A DNA stretch of 64,000 nucleotides from Zygnema circumcarinatum SAG 698-1b (taxonomy: Eukaryota > Plantae > Zygnematophyceae): positions 3,286,001 to 3,350,000 of the forward strand of contig CM074811.1 of NCBI GenBank assembly GCA_037447605.1. Direction: 5' to 3'. The notes under the pieces were generated by a model that was given only the letters and a program-made list of their open reading frames with translations, had not been told where the DNA came from and searched no databases. Below, piece after piece: positions 22,138 to 40,268 of this stretch. Each line of letters opens with the position of its first letter. The stretch's first letter is position 1. The position numbers and the translations under genes are program-made.

Positions 22138-25100
22138 TTCTGTCTCACTCTCTCTCCCTCTCCCTCTTTATTCCCCGCTTACTCTCCCTCTCTCCTTTCT
22201 ACTCCTTTCCTCTTGCAGGCAGAGTGGCCCTACCTCTCCCCTCCCTCTCCCTCTCCCTCGCTCTTGCTCTCCCTCTCTCTCTCCTATCTTTCCCTCCCTC
22301 TCCTCCCTCTCCCACACCAGCCCAGCAGGCGAATGCCTAATGCACCTCCGAAGCCCTAATATCGAAACGCTGAACGGGACAGCGTCGCATGGAACGTATG
22401 TACGGACGTGATCACGCAAAGGGTGACGTCACAGCAGGGAATATCATTTATCTTCCGCCGCTAACGGGGCCGGTCCCGGGTAGGGATGGATTAGTTACGA
22501 CTATATATTATATATTATATTATACAACTGTGACGACTAGATAACGGCTGATATATATTAATTTACAACGCCTTTACAACATGTACATACGTACGGTCGT
22601 ACGACTGTACGGTATTATGCGGCCCGAGCACGAGCAGACAGAGTAAACCAGACGGACGCATTTCGCAACGCCAACGCCAAAACGACCTAATAATGGTATG
22701 GTACGACCGTACGACCGTACGAGTACGGTCGTTAATTGTTCAAAACGAGTGGGTATAATATATGTAATAAAGTGTTTTAGTTTGTAATATACTACTAATT
22801 TTAAACCCGTTGTAAATTATATAATATATTCGGAATTTATAACGCGGGCCATCCCTAGTCCCGGGTCGTCGAGGCGGAGGGCGCCACGTAGGACGGCTGG
22901 AGCCGAAAATCGACGGCGGAGATTGAGCCTAAGGAAAAAGTCGACGGCGATGACTACGCCACGTAGGATGGAAAGTACAGCTCCAAGACTCACTGAATTC
23001 ACCATAGTTATTGCGGGCTGTCTCTCGTGGTTCCCATGTTGCTTTTGTCCATGTACATTTGATGGCCTCGCCATCGTGAGTTCAATGCCACTTCCCCTGT
23101 TCCAGGTTTCAAAATATAGCTGGGTAACCAGCCAATGGTTGCAAACATTGGCAATGGTTGAGTAGGTCGAGAATCAATGGTCTAATGATTGCAATCATTA
23201 ATATTAGTTGGCTAAGTATCAGTCAATGGTTACAACTAAATTGCAGACCATAAACCCCTAAACCATCATCATAATCATCATCATCAAATGAAAAAGCATG
23301 CCATAAAGAGCCATACAACAAAAAAAAAACTTTTTTATCAAAAAGGATAGCATTTTAAGTCAACAAGATTGCAATTGGAATTTACTAGCACAGTTATTTT
23401 GCTATGCGGACTTAGGACTGTAGACCCACTCACTACTAAAAAAAAAACCCTCAAACCCTCACATAATCAATTTTTCACATTTCACGTCTCTTCCACCTCC
23501 ACCGTCCCCTTCTCACCCTCTCTCACACACACCCTCTCTCATATCCTATTTTCTCTCTCACTAGACTCCCCACCTCCCTCTCCCACTCCCTCCCACACTC
23601 CCTTTCCCTCTCGCTCCCACTTGTCGCCCTCGCTCCCCCTCCATTCATTTTTTAGGGCTAAACCGCCCACGTGGCGTCGAGTGTCGCGCCCGCCCACGTG
23701 GCGTCGCATGCTCGTACTCGCGGCGAGGGAGGGGACCAAAAAGAATTTCAGCTGCCCGGCCGACGCTCGCCCAATCGCGGACGGACACGGCAGCCGAAAA
23801 CATTTCAGTCCATGGGTTGGACGGGCCATGGGTTGGACCAACCATTGGAATGGTTGCGATTCCCGATCCAAGCAACCATTGGATCCAATGGTTGCAGTCA
23901 TTGGCAACGGCTGGCTGGATAACCAGCCAATGGCTGCAAACACTAGCAATGTTGGGTGTTTCGCGAATCAATGATCCAATGATTGCAGTCACTGGCAGTG
24001 GTTGGCCGTGAACTGTAACTAGCCAATGGTTGCAACCGTTGTTGGGTGGGTTTGAGCCTCGGACTGTGACATCAGCAACGTCACAAAGCTGTCAAACTTC
24101 CCAAAATGGCAGCGAATGTGCTGACGTCAGAAACATGGGAAAATTTTTGGATGATCCGAATGACCCGACAGGTAGGTGCTGACGTCATGAACGTCTTCAA
24201 ATTGCAAACTTCTGTAGAATAGGTGCGGCAAAAAGTGTGGAAGTTTTTGCGAACATTGATTCATTCAAGTAGAAGGGGTAAGGTCTGACGTCAGAAACGA
24301 CATCAAGTTGCAAACTTTTGCTGAATAGAAGAAGGCAAAACGTGTAAGTTATTTGACGAGTTGATGGGCAAAATGAAAACAGGAGGACAAGTTACAGTTT
24401 TTGCTGACCCAAACATTGAGGCCCAAAAACAGAAATATTACAAAACTGGATAACCACGATCTTACTGTGGGAGCCAAAATTTGACTTTAGACTTCCAACG
24501 GGTCTGAAGGAAGAGACAGATTTGAACCAACCATCCTTTTCGATTTGAACCCCCACATTCACAGACCTTTGATCAAGAAAACAAAAGCAATTCACCGCTT
24601 AATTCGAGGCCATTTGCTGTGCATGTGAATGGTATAAGGATATTTTTGATTAGCTAAGAGTGAATTAAACACCAAATCGAGACCAAAAAAATAAAAAAAA
24701 GCCGAAAATCGACGGCTGGGATGGAGCCTTCGGAAACAATCGACGGCTGCGAGGGCGCCTCGCTGCTGACATTGTCACGGTGTCAGCCACGTGTCATGTG
24801 CCACGTGTCGAGATACTGAAAATTTCGCGGGTCGGTATTGAACGATTGTAAGTGAGCGTTCACACTTGCCGGATTTGGGGGCTAACTCATTTTTAACGTT
24901 CACACAGGAGACTGAACGATCTAGTTTCGAGCCGCTATTACACAGCCAGGCCTTGCGTTGAAGCCAAAAGGCATGTCCACGTGACAGAATGTTACTGGTG
25001 ATGCAGACAAAGGCCTGTGCCCGTATTCTCGATTGGAGAGTGCGCTTACCAAAAACTGGGGTGGAGTTGGCTTGTGTCCTTTTGGGCACCATGCAAGAAT

Positions 25101-26146
25101 GAATGGCTGTACCGTAATATAAATGCTGGTAACCCATGGGACCCATAATAGCATAGACCCATGAACTCATGGCACAGACCCATGGGACCCACAATAGCAT
25201 CGACCCATAGGACGCATGCAAATTGCTCTCATAGCATATCAAAAGCATCAACATGCTTTCCTTCTTCTCCAGAAGAAAAGCAAGGTTTCACAATATTATT
25301 ATTATCGAGCGCCAAAAAATTACAAGTAATTGAAATGAACATAGCTATCATTCTGCTGCTAAAGGACTTTTTGACCTTCCTGGTTACAGGCCGTACCAGG
25401 GCCCGGACTAAAGTTTTATATAATAAAAATCGACCTAGCAAGATAAAGGGAGTCGGCTACCAAAATAATACAGTTTTATTATTCTAACAAGTGGGGACGC
25501 TAAGCCCTTAATTCACTAAAACCTTAAAAGCAAGGACCTATCTCACTATTTGGCCGTTAATCTGCAATAGACTGCAGTTGACTAGTCTCAGTTGACATAG
25601 AACTACTTACTTATTTGACTGCCCGCTGATTACATTTGACTCAACGGAGCAACAACGAACCCATTTCCCTTTAAGAAGTAGACGCAGTATCTAATGGACT
25701 ACAGAGACTTAAACTTCTATATCAAAAAACTGTCGTAAACTGAAACCTCATATGTTTGACGCAGCCTATAGATAAACATTCCATACATCCTCCATTTATT
25801 GAACATTAGCCGTTCCCCGTTACCCGTTATCCGTTACCCGTTACTCGTTCCTTTAACTGCCCTAACGGTTCTATGTCCCCACTACGGACCACGATAGTTA
25901 CCTACATCTGCGACCATGGGCAGAGTCATTTGAGCCATACATGTCCAGAAAATATGTAACTCCACAGCACAGCTGCCGCTGAGGATATGACACCTGTCCA
26001 TACAACAAACGATATCTACACTTGCCGCCTGTTTTTCTAACACCGCTATAAGATAGGTACACTCACCTTCTGGACTTTATGTTATTAGGGGTTTAGAGGT
26101 TTTAAGGTTACAAAGTTAGGGTTCAGAGGCTTTCGAAGAGAGGAGA

Positions 26147-28722
26147 CTATCCTCGAGTCCTCATCATTATGACGGTGCCGCCCCCAGGAGTTTCGAATCT
26201 TCTCAAGGCGACAACTTCTTTCTTGGAGAAGCGGAGGAGGTTGAGCTGAACGGGTTCTTTTTTGAACGGAACGGAGATTTCTGGTGCGCAACGGTTTATC
26301 TGAAGGTTGATGTCTTCCAGATGTTCCATAACGGAATAGCACTCCTGCTGCTGTTTCTTTGTGGCAGCAGAAAATGGATACAGGATCCACGAGCGGGAAG
26401 ATTCTGCAGACAGTGTGAACGAAGGGAAGGGACGTAAAGGTTCACATCAGTTCAAAGGCTCTTTAGCGAAACGCTACATCTGAAGCATACAAATACAGAG
26501 TGAGGGAAAGCAAAAGGAAAACAACGTCGATGCAACTTGCAGATGAAGGGTTCATTTCGAAGGTCTAAACGAGATTTACGAAAAGTCAGGGTGGATATTT
26601 CACCTCGGATTGGACCAGTCTGATTTACTACATTCAGTTTCATCTTCTCCTGGAAGCAGTCAGGCGTCTCTGGAGCAGACTTCCCTGAAACCAAAAATCG
26701 GCCACACTTTTCTTAGCCTCCAAAAAAGCTTAGAAGAAGTTGACATGTTTTTCCAGTAGACAAATTACATGGATCTGGAATAACATTAGTGCATTCAAAT
26801 CCGTACCTGCCTCTTCTTGTCCTTGGGATGGGATCTGATGTCTGCAAATCAGAACAATCAGAACAGGTAACCATTCAGGTGTTTGAAAAATGTGATTCGA
26901 CGAACAGTACTAAACTTAACATTTTTCTTCGTTTTTAAAAACAGGATGTGAAGCGAAAGAATTCCCTCAATATGACGTACACATTGGAATTGTAGGTCAC
27001 ATGGGCATTCGCTCTTTCCTCTTCGAAGTACGTCTTCCACCATTGGTCCAGGGCTGCAGCAGAGCTTCAGTCAAGGGTGCGGAATCAGTTGAGGAACAGA
27101 ATAGCAATGCATGACATACCTGCATACTGTCCAAACTTCACTCCCCCTTCAGCCTTCCCCTCAACCTCCTCCCCCCCCCTTCCCCTCCCCACCCTCCTCC
27201 CGCCTCCCCCTTCCCCATCCCCCTTCCCCTCCCCCTACCCCTCCTACTCCACCCTTCCCCTCCTCTCCCGTGCCTCCTCCATGTCTCACTTACCATGTGA
27301 TGGTTGATAATCATTTTCCTGCAAGAAGCATACGCACAGAGAGAAGGAGGAATACTGGCAGTCAGGATGCATGCTGAAGTCGCAGACTTTCAACTGGCTC
27401 TTTTCTCCAAAGGAGAAATGATTCAAGAATCTCAGGGCACACCACCTTATTTGCCCTTTGCTCAGATCATGCAGTGTAAAAAGGGTAAAATCATTTGTCA
27501 ACCTGATCGCAGCATTTCAGAATGCATGGCAGAGACTAGGGGACAACTTGCTCGATCTAGGACACGATATTGGAAGACCCTTTCAGATCACAAGGCCCTC
27601 TGCTACAAGTACAAAAGTGCAAGAATATTATATGGATTCTTCTCAGAATGTCTCGTAGTGACAGATTATCTAGAATACATTAAAAAATGGAATCCAGAGG
27701 CGCGCCATGCTTACAGACACATCCGCGAACCCCGCCTGTCTTACCGTAGTATCAGATATCTTTTGACGTTTGGACAAGGGACACTCGCCAGGGGAAATCT
27801 CGAACTGTCTTGATCCCTTGCATTTGCCTGCAACAAAATATCAAGGCACCATCTTATCAATCATCCCTCACCTCGCATCTCTCAATTCATTCCACCATAA
27901 CATTGAGAAAGCGATCAAGTGACAAGGGACAGAAATCAGAGCAAGAGGTGGAGGTTTGAAGCAGAAAAAGTCAATGCAAACTAACACAAACGACGAAACC
28001 AAAAGTGTTTGGACTGATTAAGTTATAAGCATGGCGACTTTGTCAAATACATAACATGGTATCAACTCCACAATACGCTCAAATCATTCCCCCTTCCAGA
28101 GGAACAACGAAGCTGCCGATGCCTACAATACCTTCTTCAGTTGTAACAAATTCCGGTTTCATGCTGACGTCATGGACTCCAAATAATGACTTCGTTGCAA
28201 ATGTGGAGTTAGAAATATCTGTAAACGGCTGCATTTCACTGAACAATGAGGGCCCGTCCAACAACATAGGCGCTGCAGGCAAACGAAAGGCGAGAAAAAA
28301 AGTTCAGGCAATCTCTCTTCAATACTTTCCTCCTACAATACAGAAAATAAGCAAAGTCCGAAACTTGACCAGAACTTGATCAAAACTTGCTCAAAAATAG
28401 TCACATTGTTCAGAACAATACAGAAGGGGTTCATTTATGCATCTAACGTCAATGCTATGTCCAGCCACGCCTGCACATTCTTGCAAGACGCTTCAGTAAT
28501 TGAGACAGCACCTATCAATCCTTTGACAATCAAGCTCGACAGCAGCTCATGGCTCTTTTTTAATGATCATATTCTGCATTTTCTCGCGCAGTTGCAAAGT
28601 CTTGCAAGCTGTCAGGCTCACGTACAAGCAGGCTGTTCCCAGTCACCACCGTAGAAGTCCCTTCCTCCACCTCCTCCTCCTGCTACTGCCGCAGCTGCCT
28701 CCTCTATCCATTCCTCTACCAT
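26147..28722 (-). CDS. XRI1: XRI1-like protein (X-ray induced 1 family), about 263 aa
   Basis: Eight phase-consistent GT-AG exons 28626-28722, 28132-28272, 27745-27827, 27294-27318, 26981-27053, 26807-26841, 26604-26684 and 26147-26403 total 792 nt. The C-terminus WILYPF...LEDINLQI...FSKKEVVALRRFETPGGGTVIMMRTRG* matches the recalled plant XRI1 pattern YPF...LxDIN...SGKPVV...TEGGKGSITIMRTRG. Confidence 0.72.
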
Positions 28723-31024
28723 GAAAATCTCCTCTCCAAATCCTTCCACCCTTTCTCTCTCTCTCTCCCATCCCTCTCCCTCCTGCTTCACACGCCTTAG
28801 AGCAAATCCTTGGGCGAATGCAGCTCCCCTCTCTCTCCTCCAATCCCAGCTTCCCTCCATGCAGTCCTCCTTCCCCTCCTCTCCCCTATACTCATCCCTG
28901 CTCCTCTCCCTGTCTCTCTTTCCCAGCTCTCCCTCTCCCTGAATATCAAGCACTCCTCAACCCTCCCACACTTCTGCACTCGCAGTCTGCAATATTGACA
29001 CGATATTGACTACAAATACAGCTTTGCAAAAATATTCAGTCCTTCCGAATCCCCGCCAACATCCTTCCAAATCTCTTCCAAAACTCCGCCCAGGTACAGC
29101 ATATATGCAGGCCGGGCTTCAGGGCTTCCAACAAGTTTCAGAAGCAGCATAGGCATATATCTCTCTCTCTCTCTCTTGCTGCCACTCAGAAAAAGAGTAC
29201 CGTACGGACATTTGCAAAAGTCACCTTTCCGTATGACCTCTCATCAACTAACAAGTTGGATTTAAAACTGCCGTACGGATCCCGTATAGAAATTCGTACA
29301 TTTTTCTATACACAAACGACAAAAGAAGCAACGGGACGAAATCAGCGGATGTAAAGGGGCCGTATTTTACCGTACCATAAAGTACGGATTGGATTCGGTC
29401 TCTCCGTTCGTACGGTATCAGGACGAAAGGCGACGGCTATAGGTACAATGTGTCGGTATGGTGTACGGAACTGTCAGGTAACAAGAAATTAATTTCCTGA
29501 GCGTGAAAACATGGGACTACAAAGTTTTTTTTCTAAAGTCATAAAACTTTATGTTCTCATTTGCCTTTAACGAGGAACAATAGAAATAAAGTCTATTTTA
29601 CATTACTTTATCATATTGTGACTTTATCAAGGCGGGTTCGCCACTGTACAGTACCTTGACATAAAGAGCGAACAGCGGTCGAACAAGATCCGTACGGACA
29701 CTTACATAAAAAGTACCGTACGAATTTTCTACGATATTCCCGATACGCCTACGATATTGATCAGTATGAACCGTCCCAGACCCTTCAAAGCACCGTCCAA
29801 AAAAAAAAAAAAAAAAAATCCTCATCTGATAATTTCACCTGCCCGGAATCGCGGATGTCAGGAAGCGCCACGGGCGGCTCAGAATGTACGAAATTTTCAA
29901 CCGCCATTCATATGATATTTTTACTGCCCGCTGCCCGCTGCCCGCCCGTTCTTTTCCTGCCCGCCACAATGATTGCCGGTTCAATAACCACAGCGGAAAT
30001 TAGGGACTGGCCAATAGACGACAAAGGCACGTGTGTCGGTGGAGTGAAGTCTCAAAATCTCCCTTGGTCGGTGCGTGTACGACAAACGACCATACGGAAG
30101 ATCGGATTCAATCTGGACCGTCCAAGGACCCGCATAAGGTGGACCTTAATATCTGCTCTGACATTGGACGGTTCAGATTTTGACTTTGGCACTGTTCCGC
30201 ACGGCCGAACGCACAGTGCACGACAAAAAGTACGGACACGCCGCGGAGAGAAGGTCAACACGTACAAACGAACAACAGCTGTACGGACAAGAGCCTCCAA
30301 GTGTGCACACTGCACAATGTAAAATGGATCTGTACAAGAAACCGTACAGCGGCCGTTATTGGGATCTCTCGGTTAAGCCAACAGAAATTGTCACATGCAG
30401 AGACAATGACAGTTTCAGTCTCAGTTTTTGTCTCAGTTTCAGTTGCGGTTGAAGTCAGGGTTGTCGCCGTACACGCTTCGCTGTTGGACGCACCATGCGT
30501 GCATGAATGCATGCCCCCATGCATGCCTCCACGCATGCATGCCTCATGCAGAAGAACAGAGAGACAGACATCCTCTGGTCTTGGCTTGGGGGGGTACGAA
30601 GTGCCCCTTTGTACTCACCTTATTCGGGCAATGTTTGCCTTTCCAGCCTTTAGACAACAATGAGGCGAGAGAGGCACCCACAGAACTCAAAGGAGGTTCT
30701 CGCTCCCTTCAGACCCTCTTATTGCTCTCGCTGTCAATTGGTGGTGCGCCTACCCAAACCCTTCCCACCCTAAAGCTGCCAAAAGGAAACCCTGAACCCA
30801 TTTCTGCCTACAAGGAAGGCGCCCCTTTAAACAATGCCATCCTTTTCCTAGCACCCATTGTCCCGAGGCGTGACGTCTGTCACGAGTAGCGGCTCTTTGA
30901 GCACTCCCCATGTTATCCGTGGTTCCCCGTAAAGCCCCCTCTAACCCTAACCTTTATTCGTTCTTTTTCCAGCCATAAATTGCTAATTTACATAACATTT
31001 TTTCCAAAAAAAAATTTGTCGGTT

Positions 31025-35502
<4,478 letters not shown>

Positions 35503-35962
35503 TTGGGGCCACCACAGGCAGCAGGTGATGTCTCTCTCTCTCTCTTTCCTTCTCTCTCTCTCTCTCTCTCTCTGTAAAATAGAAACCCTGAAAATTTCTG
35601 ATTCGAGGGAGGAGTTTCTCTTTTTTCACCCGCTCCCTCTCTCTTCTACTCTCTCCGTCCCTTTCTTGCAGGAGGGCGTGCCAACCTTTGGCATTTCAAC
35701 AAGTACCAGAAGGCAAAACCAGTACATTTTCGCCTGTAATTCAATTATGAAAACGAAGCGTGCAAAATACTTATTTTGAAACAAGTTCGGAAGCGCAAGG
35801 TCACGAGGTTGACACGTCCTCGTGTTGGTTAGAAGCGCCAAAGGGAGGCAAACCCTAACTACATGGAAGCGGCAAAGCTGAACGGAACTGAGCGGCGACA
35901 CATGTAACATCCAAAAAGCGCGGAATGACCGTTGCGCAATTGACCGTTGGAAGACGCTTTTG

Positions 35963-36242
35963 AGTGCCACGTGGCACTAAAGTGCAGCACCCCAATTGGC
36001 TGTCACAGGCTGTTGGTGAGCGTGTCCAATGGGAAAGCGCCATGTAAGCACAATTGACACGTGGTGAATTCCTAGTGGATGATTATTTATTGGCAAATGC
36101 AAAAGCGCCAGCCAAAAGTTATGTTGGGATGTGCAACCGAGGCATTGGGATTTGTCGGTCATTGGAAACGGCTGACGTGGCGCTCACCGCACGCCTCTGA
36201 TTGGTCAGAAAATTCAGCAACCACTAAGCGCGCGTCACGTGG
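35963..36242. promoter_or_regulatory. Cluster of G-box/ACGT-core (bZIP-type) motifs upstream of the beta-lactamase gene
   Basis: Perfect 16-bp palindrome AGTGCCACGTGGCACT at 35963-35978, plus GACACGTGG, TGACGTGGC and GTCACGTGGC within about 280 bp. Function is inferred only. Confidence 0.3.
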
Positions 36243-37657
36243 CAAGCGTGGAGGGGAACTGCACGTTGCGCGGGACGAGTCGCACGTTTGGGGCTTGAAA
36301 CGTAATATTTCTGTATTATCTTTCTGATTTTTTTGGAATCTTCTATTGCTGCCCGGGTTTTGCTTTCTCCGAAATTTTCATTAACATATATCAGATTTTA
36401 TATACGGTACATATAGCAGTAAATTTTAACAGGTTCGACGATTTCCATGAAACTGGTGCATAGAATCCGTTTCTGTTTTTCGAAAGCAGCTTTTCCCCTA
36501 ACGGCTACTCTCGCGGGCGAGCAGGCGGCGGCCTCTCGGCTGATTTTATCTTAGCCGTCCGATCTGCCATGTACTAAAATCGGACGGTCCATATTGATCT
36601 GAGGAGATGTACGGACAGGCCGGTACAAATTTGAACCGCTCCAAGAATTCGAACGGCGCGGCTTTTTAATTTTTCGCCGTCAGAAAAATTCGATTTTTCG
36701 CCAGATTCAGGTCCCTCAAAAAATGAAATTTTGAAGGCGCAATTTCGGAATTTCAAATTTCGAGTTTCGTGTACTTTTGCGAACGTCTGCGAAAGTTTGC
36801 GACCGTGCGACACCGCCGCGCGCGGAGAGGGATCGCAGGGCGGCTCTGTGCGATGAATTGCGACGTATTGCGACACGTTGCGACGCTCTGGGCGTCGCAG
36901 GGACGCCTTGAAAGGGGAGGGAGGGAGGTGAAGGGAGGGAGCCATCCAACGGGAAGGAAGGAGACATTGGCAGCCATAGCTGGGACAACAGAGTTCTGCT
37001 TGCAAGCACACAAGGAGGAAAGGCGGAAGAACCGGGCATATTGACTGTTTAGGTGGACGAGGAAGAGAAGGGCATATTGATTGACTGTGTATCTTTCGTT
37101 TCAATTTTTATCAGTAAAGTGAGTAAGCTGCTTATTTGGAGGGCTGGTGCTGCGAAGGTCTTGTGGTGGTGAATGGAGCTCAGGAGTGATTTGTTGCACG
37201 ATATTTTACACAGGTTTTAATGCTGAATGGCTCGTTTTTTGCCATTTTATGGTCTTTGGATGGTAGAGAGGACTGTAGGTTAATGGTAGGCGATATGGAG
37301 TAGAAGCTTAATGGTAATGCTTGCTCAATAAGGCGACTAGTGTCTTTTCCTCTATTAGAGAGGCCTGTCAGAAATCATTTGATGAGAAACGGCTTCCTTT
37401 GAACCTCCAGTTAAAGTTCCTACGGGAGGTTTTCTGTCTGCAATGGCTAGTTTCAAGGGCTAGCTAGAACTCCTACATAGCTGGCAACTGCCCTCCTTAA
37501 TATGTGTTGTTTGATTATCTGCAATGCAATGTATGAATACTGACCACCGTGGACATCGCACTTTGCCGCCTGCAGAGGCTTTTGGATCTCTACGCACTCA
37601 CCTACACTGAAAAGCTACTTACGGAGTAGTACTGGTCAGCTTAACTACTGAGCGAGG

Positions 37658-38843
37658 ATGTCGGCCCCTATGGATTGGGAGACGCTTCTCCATACAGCAG
37701 AACAAGCAGGAGAAGATATGAAGTTAGCTGCGCACTTGCAACAGATGGAATCTCAGCGTATCTTGCAGAGTCGCTCCGCTGCGGGCAGGTAGGATGACAT
37801 GCATAATGCTGCCTACTTAGCTTTTGTCATGTCTCTGAGCGAAAATGATTAGCTGCGGAGGACGACAGCTGGCAAGTCAGTCTGCGTAGTGCCCAGCTTT
37901 GTCTTCCCTCTTTTTGTTCCCCTTGGTTGCGGAAAATCCTGCACGTTAAAAGAAATATGGGGAAGATGAAGCAGTGACAAATGGCTGGCTGAAACTGTTA
38001 CTCTTTGCCGTCCTCTTCCATTAGTCGCTTTACTTTTGTCTCTTTACCTCTTCCATAGCTTCTCAGCCGTCTCGCTAGTGTTTCTTATTTCGGCAACGTC
38101 GATAATTCTGAATTAGCGTGCACTGGATCAAATGAGGCGGTTGTATTTTTTTCATGCTGAACGGGTTGCCCTCTGCTTTGCAGGTGGCCTCGTAACGACT
38201 TTGAGGTTGAGAACGTTGACCCGAATCTGCAACATATTTTGCTCGCCAGTGCAGCAGGAACTTCGAACAGGTGGAGCGTGGAGCAGCCTGCTGTCAGAAC
38301 AAAGACCAGGAGCCCACTTCCTGAAGATTATCCGCGGGCTCCTCTGCAGGACATCACACTCATACTGAGAGAAATGGGCTACCTCAATGATGATGTACGT
38401 CTACCAAGTTTTTCACTGTCTAGTTTTCTGTCACTAACTACTCAATGGTCCTTAGCCAATAAGCTGTAAGCAGTAAGCTGTCTGCTTTTCACTTTTAAAT
38501 TTATTGCAGAAAGTGGTCACTTTTTTCACGCCCTTTTGCCGCTTGCACCAGATTATGAGCCGGTATTGCTTTCTTTCCGAAGAAGCTTTCAGTAACTTTG
38601 AAGTTTTGTTGCAACATCGTGAATAACATGATGACTTTCTTGACTGTGCAGAATGTATTGAAGGCCGCTCCCACTCTAAAGAAGAGCACAAGCAGTACAC
38701 AGGAGAATGCCATTTCAGCATCTTACATCGAGAAGCGCTTTGCAGCCAGTCCAGCAGCTAAGCGAGGAAAGCGCAGCCCCTGCAAAACTATGGCTACGGG
38801 AAGGTCCAGTGCTGGAGGAAGGTCCTTGCGGCTCTTCAGGTGA
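37658..38843 (+). CDS. Putative small orphan protein (about 177 aa), possibly with a UBA-like helix
   Basis: Exons 37658-37788 (MSAPMDWETLL...), 38184-38394 (WPRNDFEVENVDPNLQH...LQDITLILREMGYLNDD) and 38652-38843 join in frame via GT-AG. The third exon and stop are uncertain and I do not recognise a family. Confidence 0.4.
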
Positions 38844-40134
38844 AACGCCACGTGATATTGGCTGTATTGATATTGACATTGACTGACTATTAGGCCCAAG
38901 TCTGTGAAAAATGTCTGTCGGGTCTTCAATGTTTTGTCAACCAAAGGTTGATTTAGGTAGCTGCAAGGGGTCAAGGTAATGCTGACCAGCTGCCTCATTG
39001 AGTTTTGAGTCTGTCTGATCTGACTCAGTCTGACCAACTTTTGGCCATTCGAAGCGTAGAGTTTAGTTTGTCTGCTAATTTTAGGTCTTATTCTGATCAA
39101 TGTCTCCAACACAGCCAAATGATTTACTTTCGATTGTTAGTGACTAGGTATATCGCTTACGGAGATGAACATGACAGTTTGTACCATCAGAAAGGTAGGA
39201 CTAACTGTAGCTGGACCATGATGACGATGACTATGACTAGAGCAGATCCGAGTACCGTCCATTGTATTGAGGAGAGAATGAAGGTCAGAATGGTCTTACC
39301 GACGGCGATGTGTACAAGGTGTTTTTGGTCTTTCCGCCAACTTTATTTTAGGGTTAGATTAGACACTCCCTGTCAGTTGAGGCAGATTGCTCATTTTGTA
39401 AGTACCATAGGTGTGACTCGTAGATACGAAGTTGACGAACTGACTGATCACAGTGCTTCTGCAAGCCACCAGTGTTCAACTTGTCAATAAAAAGAAACTG
39501 ACGAAACGTGCTGACAGATGGCTTTGCAGTGGAGGATGCTTCCATAAGGTCCTGGTGATGCTGTTGCGTGTAATGATGTCGTTGTGGTGATGTCTTGTTT
39601 TCATACAAATATAAAGATAAGCGAGCAAGGAAAACGAAAAGCTATGTCTAGGAAGCACTGATTAACTGGTTTTAATCTGGATGCAAAACATTGACTGATA
39701 CTGTAATGTTTTAACAACGTACTGCTCAACATTACGAGGGGCAGTACAGTTTGTCCGTTGTCACACTTTCTTTGTTTTTGAGAGTTCCAAGCTTTGGGAG
39801 GGACCACACAAACCAGGACCAGTTTGCGAACTGGAAGCGTATCGAGGCTCAAATCTACACCCGATTGTTCCGCGCCTCTGCTTAGCCTGCTCGGGGCCTT
39901 AGGCGCGCATAATCCAGTTGGCAGACGAGCGACAATAGACGCCCTTACTAGTGGTAGTCCATTACATAGCCTTGACTAGCCTTAGAACCTTTGGTTTTTT
40001 TCTTGCGAAGTCATGATGGTGAGTCGGTGAAGCAAAAAGAGCGAAAAGGAACTTGTATAGCAATAACTGACACTTTCTCAAGTGTATATTTCATTTCACC
40101 AATCGCATTCGTTTGCTGCTTTGAAACGGAGTCC

Positions 40135-40268
40135 TCGACCTCGACCTTGACCTCGACCTCGACCTTGACCTCGACCTTGACCTCGACCTCGACCTTGACC
40201 TCGACCTTGACCTCGACCTCGACCTTGACCTCGACCTTGACCTCGACCTCGACCTTGACCTCGACCTC
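40135..40268. repeat. (GACCTC/GACCTT)n hexamer microsatellite
   Basis: About 22 tandem GACCTY units. Confidence 0.9.

Noticed and set aside
27304-27813. 169-aa plus-strand ORF
   Set aside because: Antisense to an XRI1-like intron and exon, with no recognisable motif.
40135-40268. CRISPR-like or coding (EV/ST) repeat
   Set aside because: A simple hexamer microsatellite with no spacers; no cas genes, and the context is eukaryotic.
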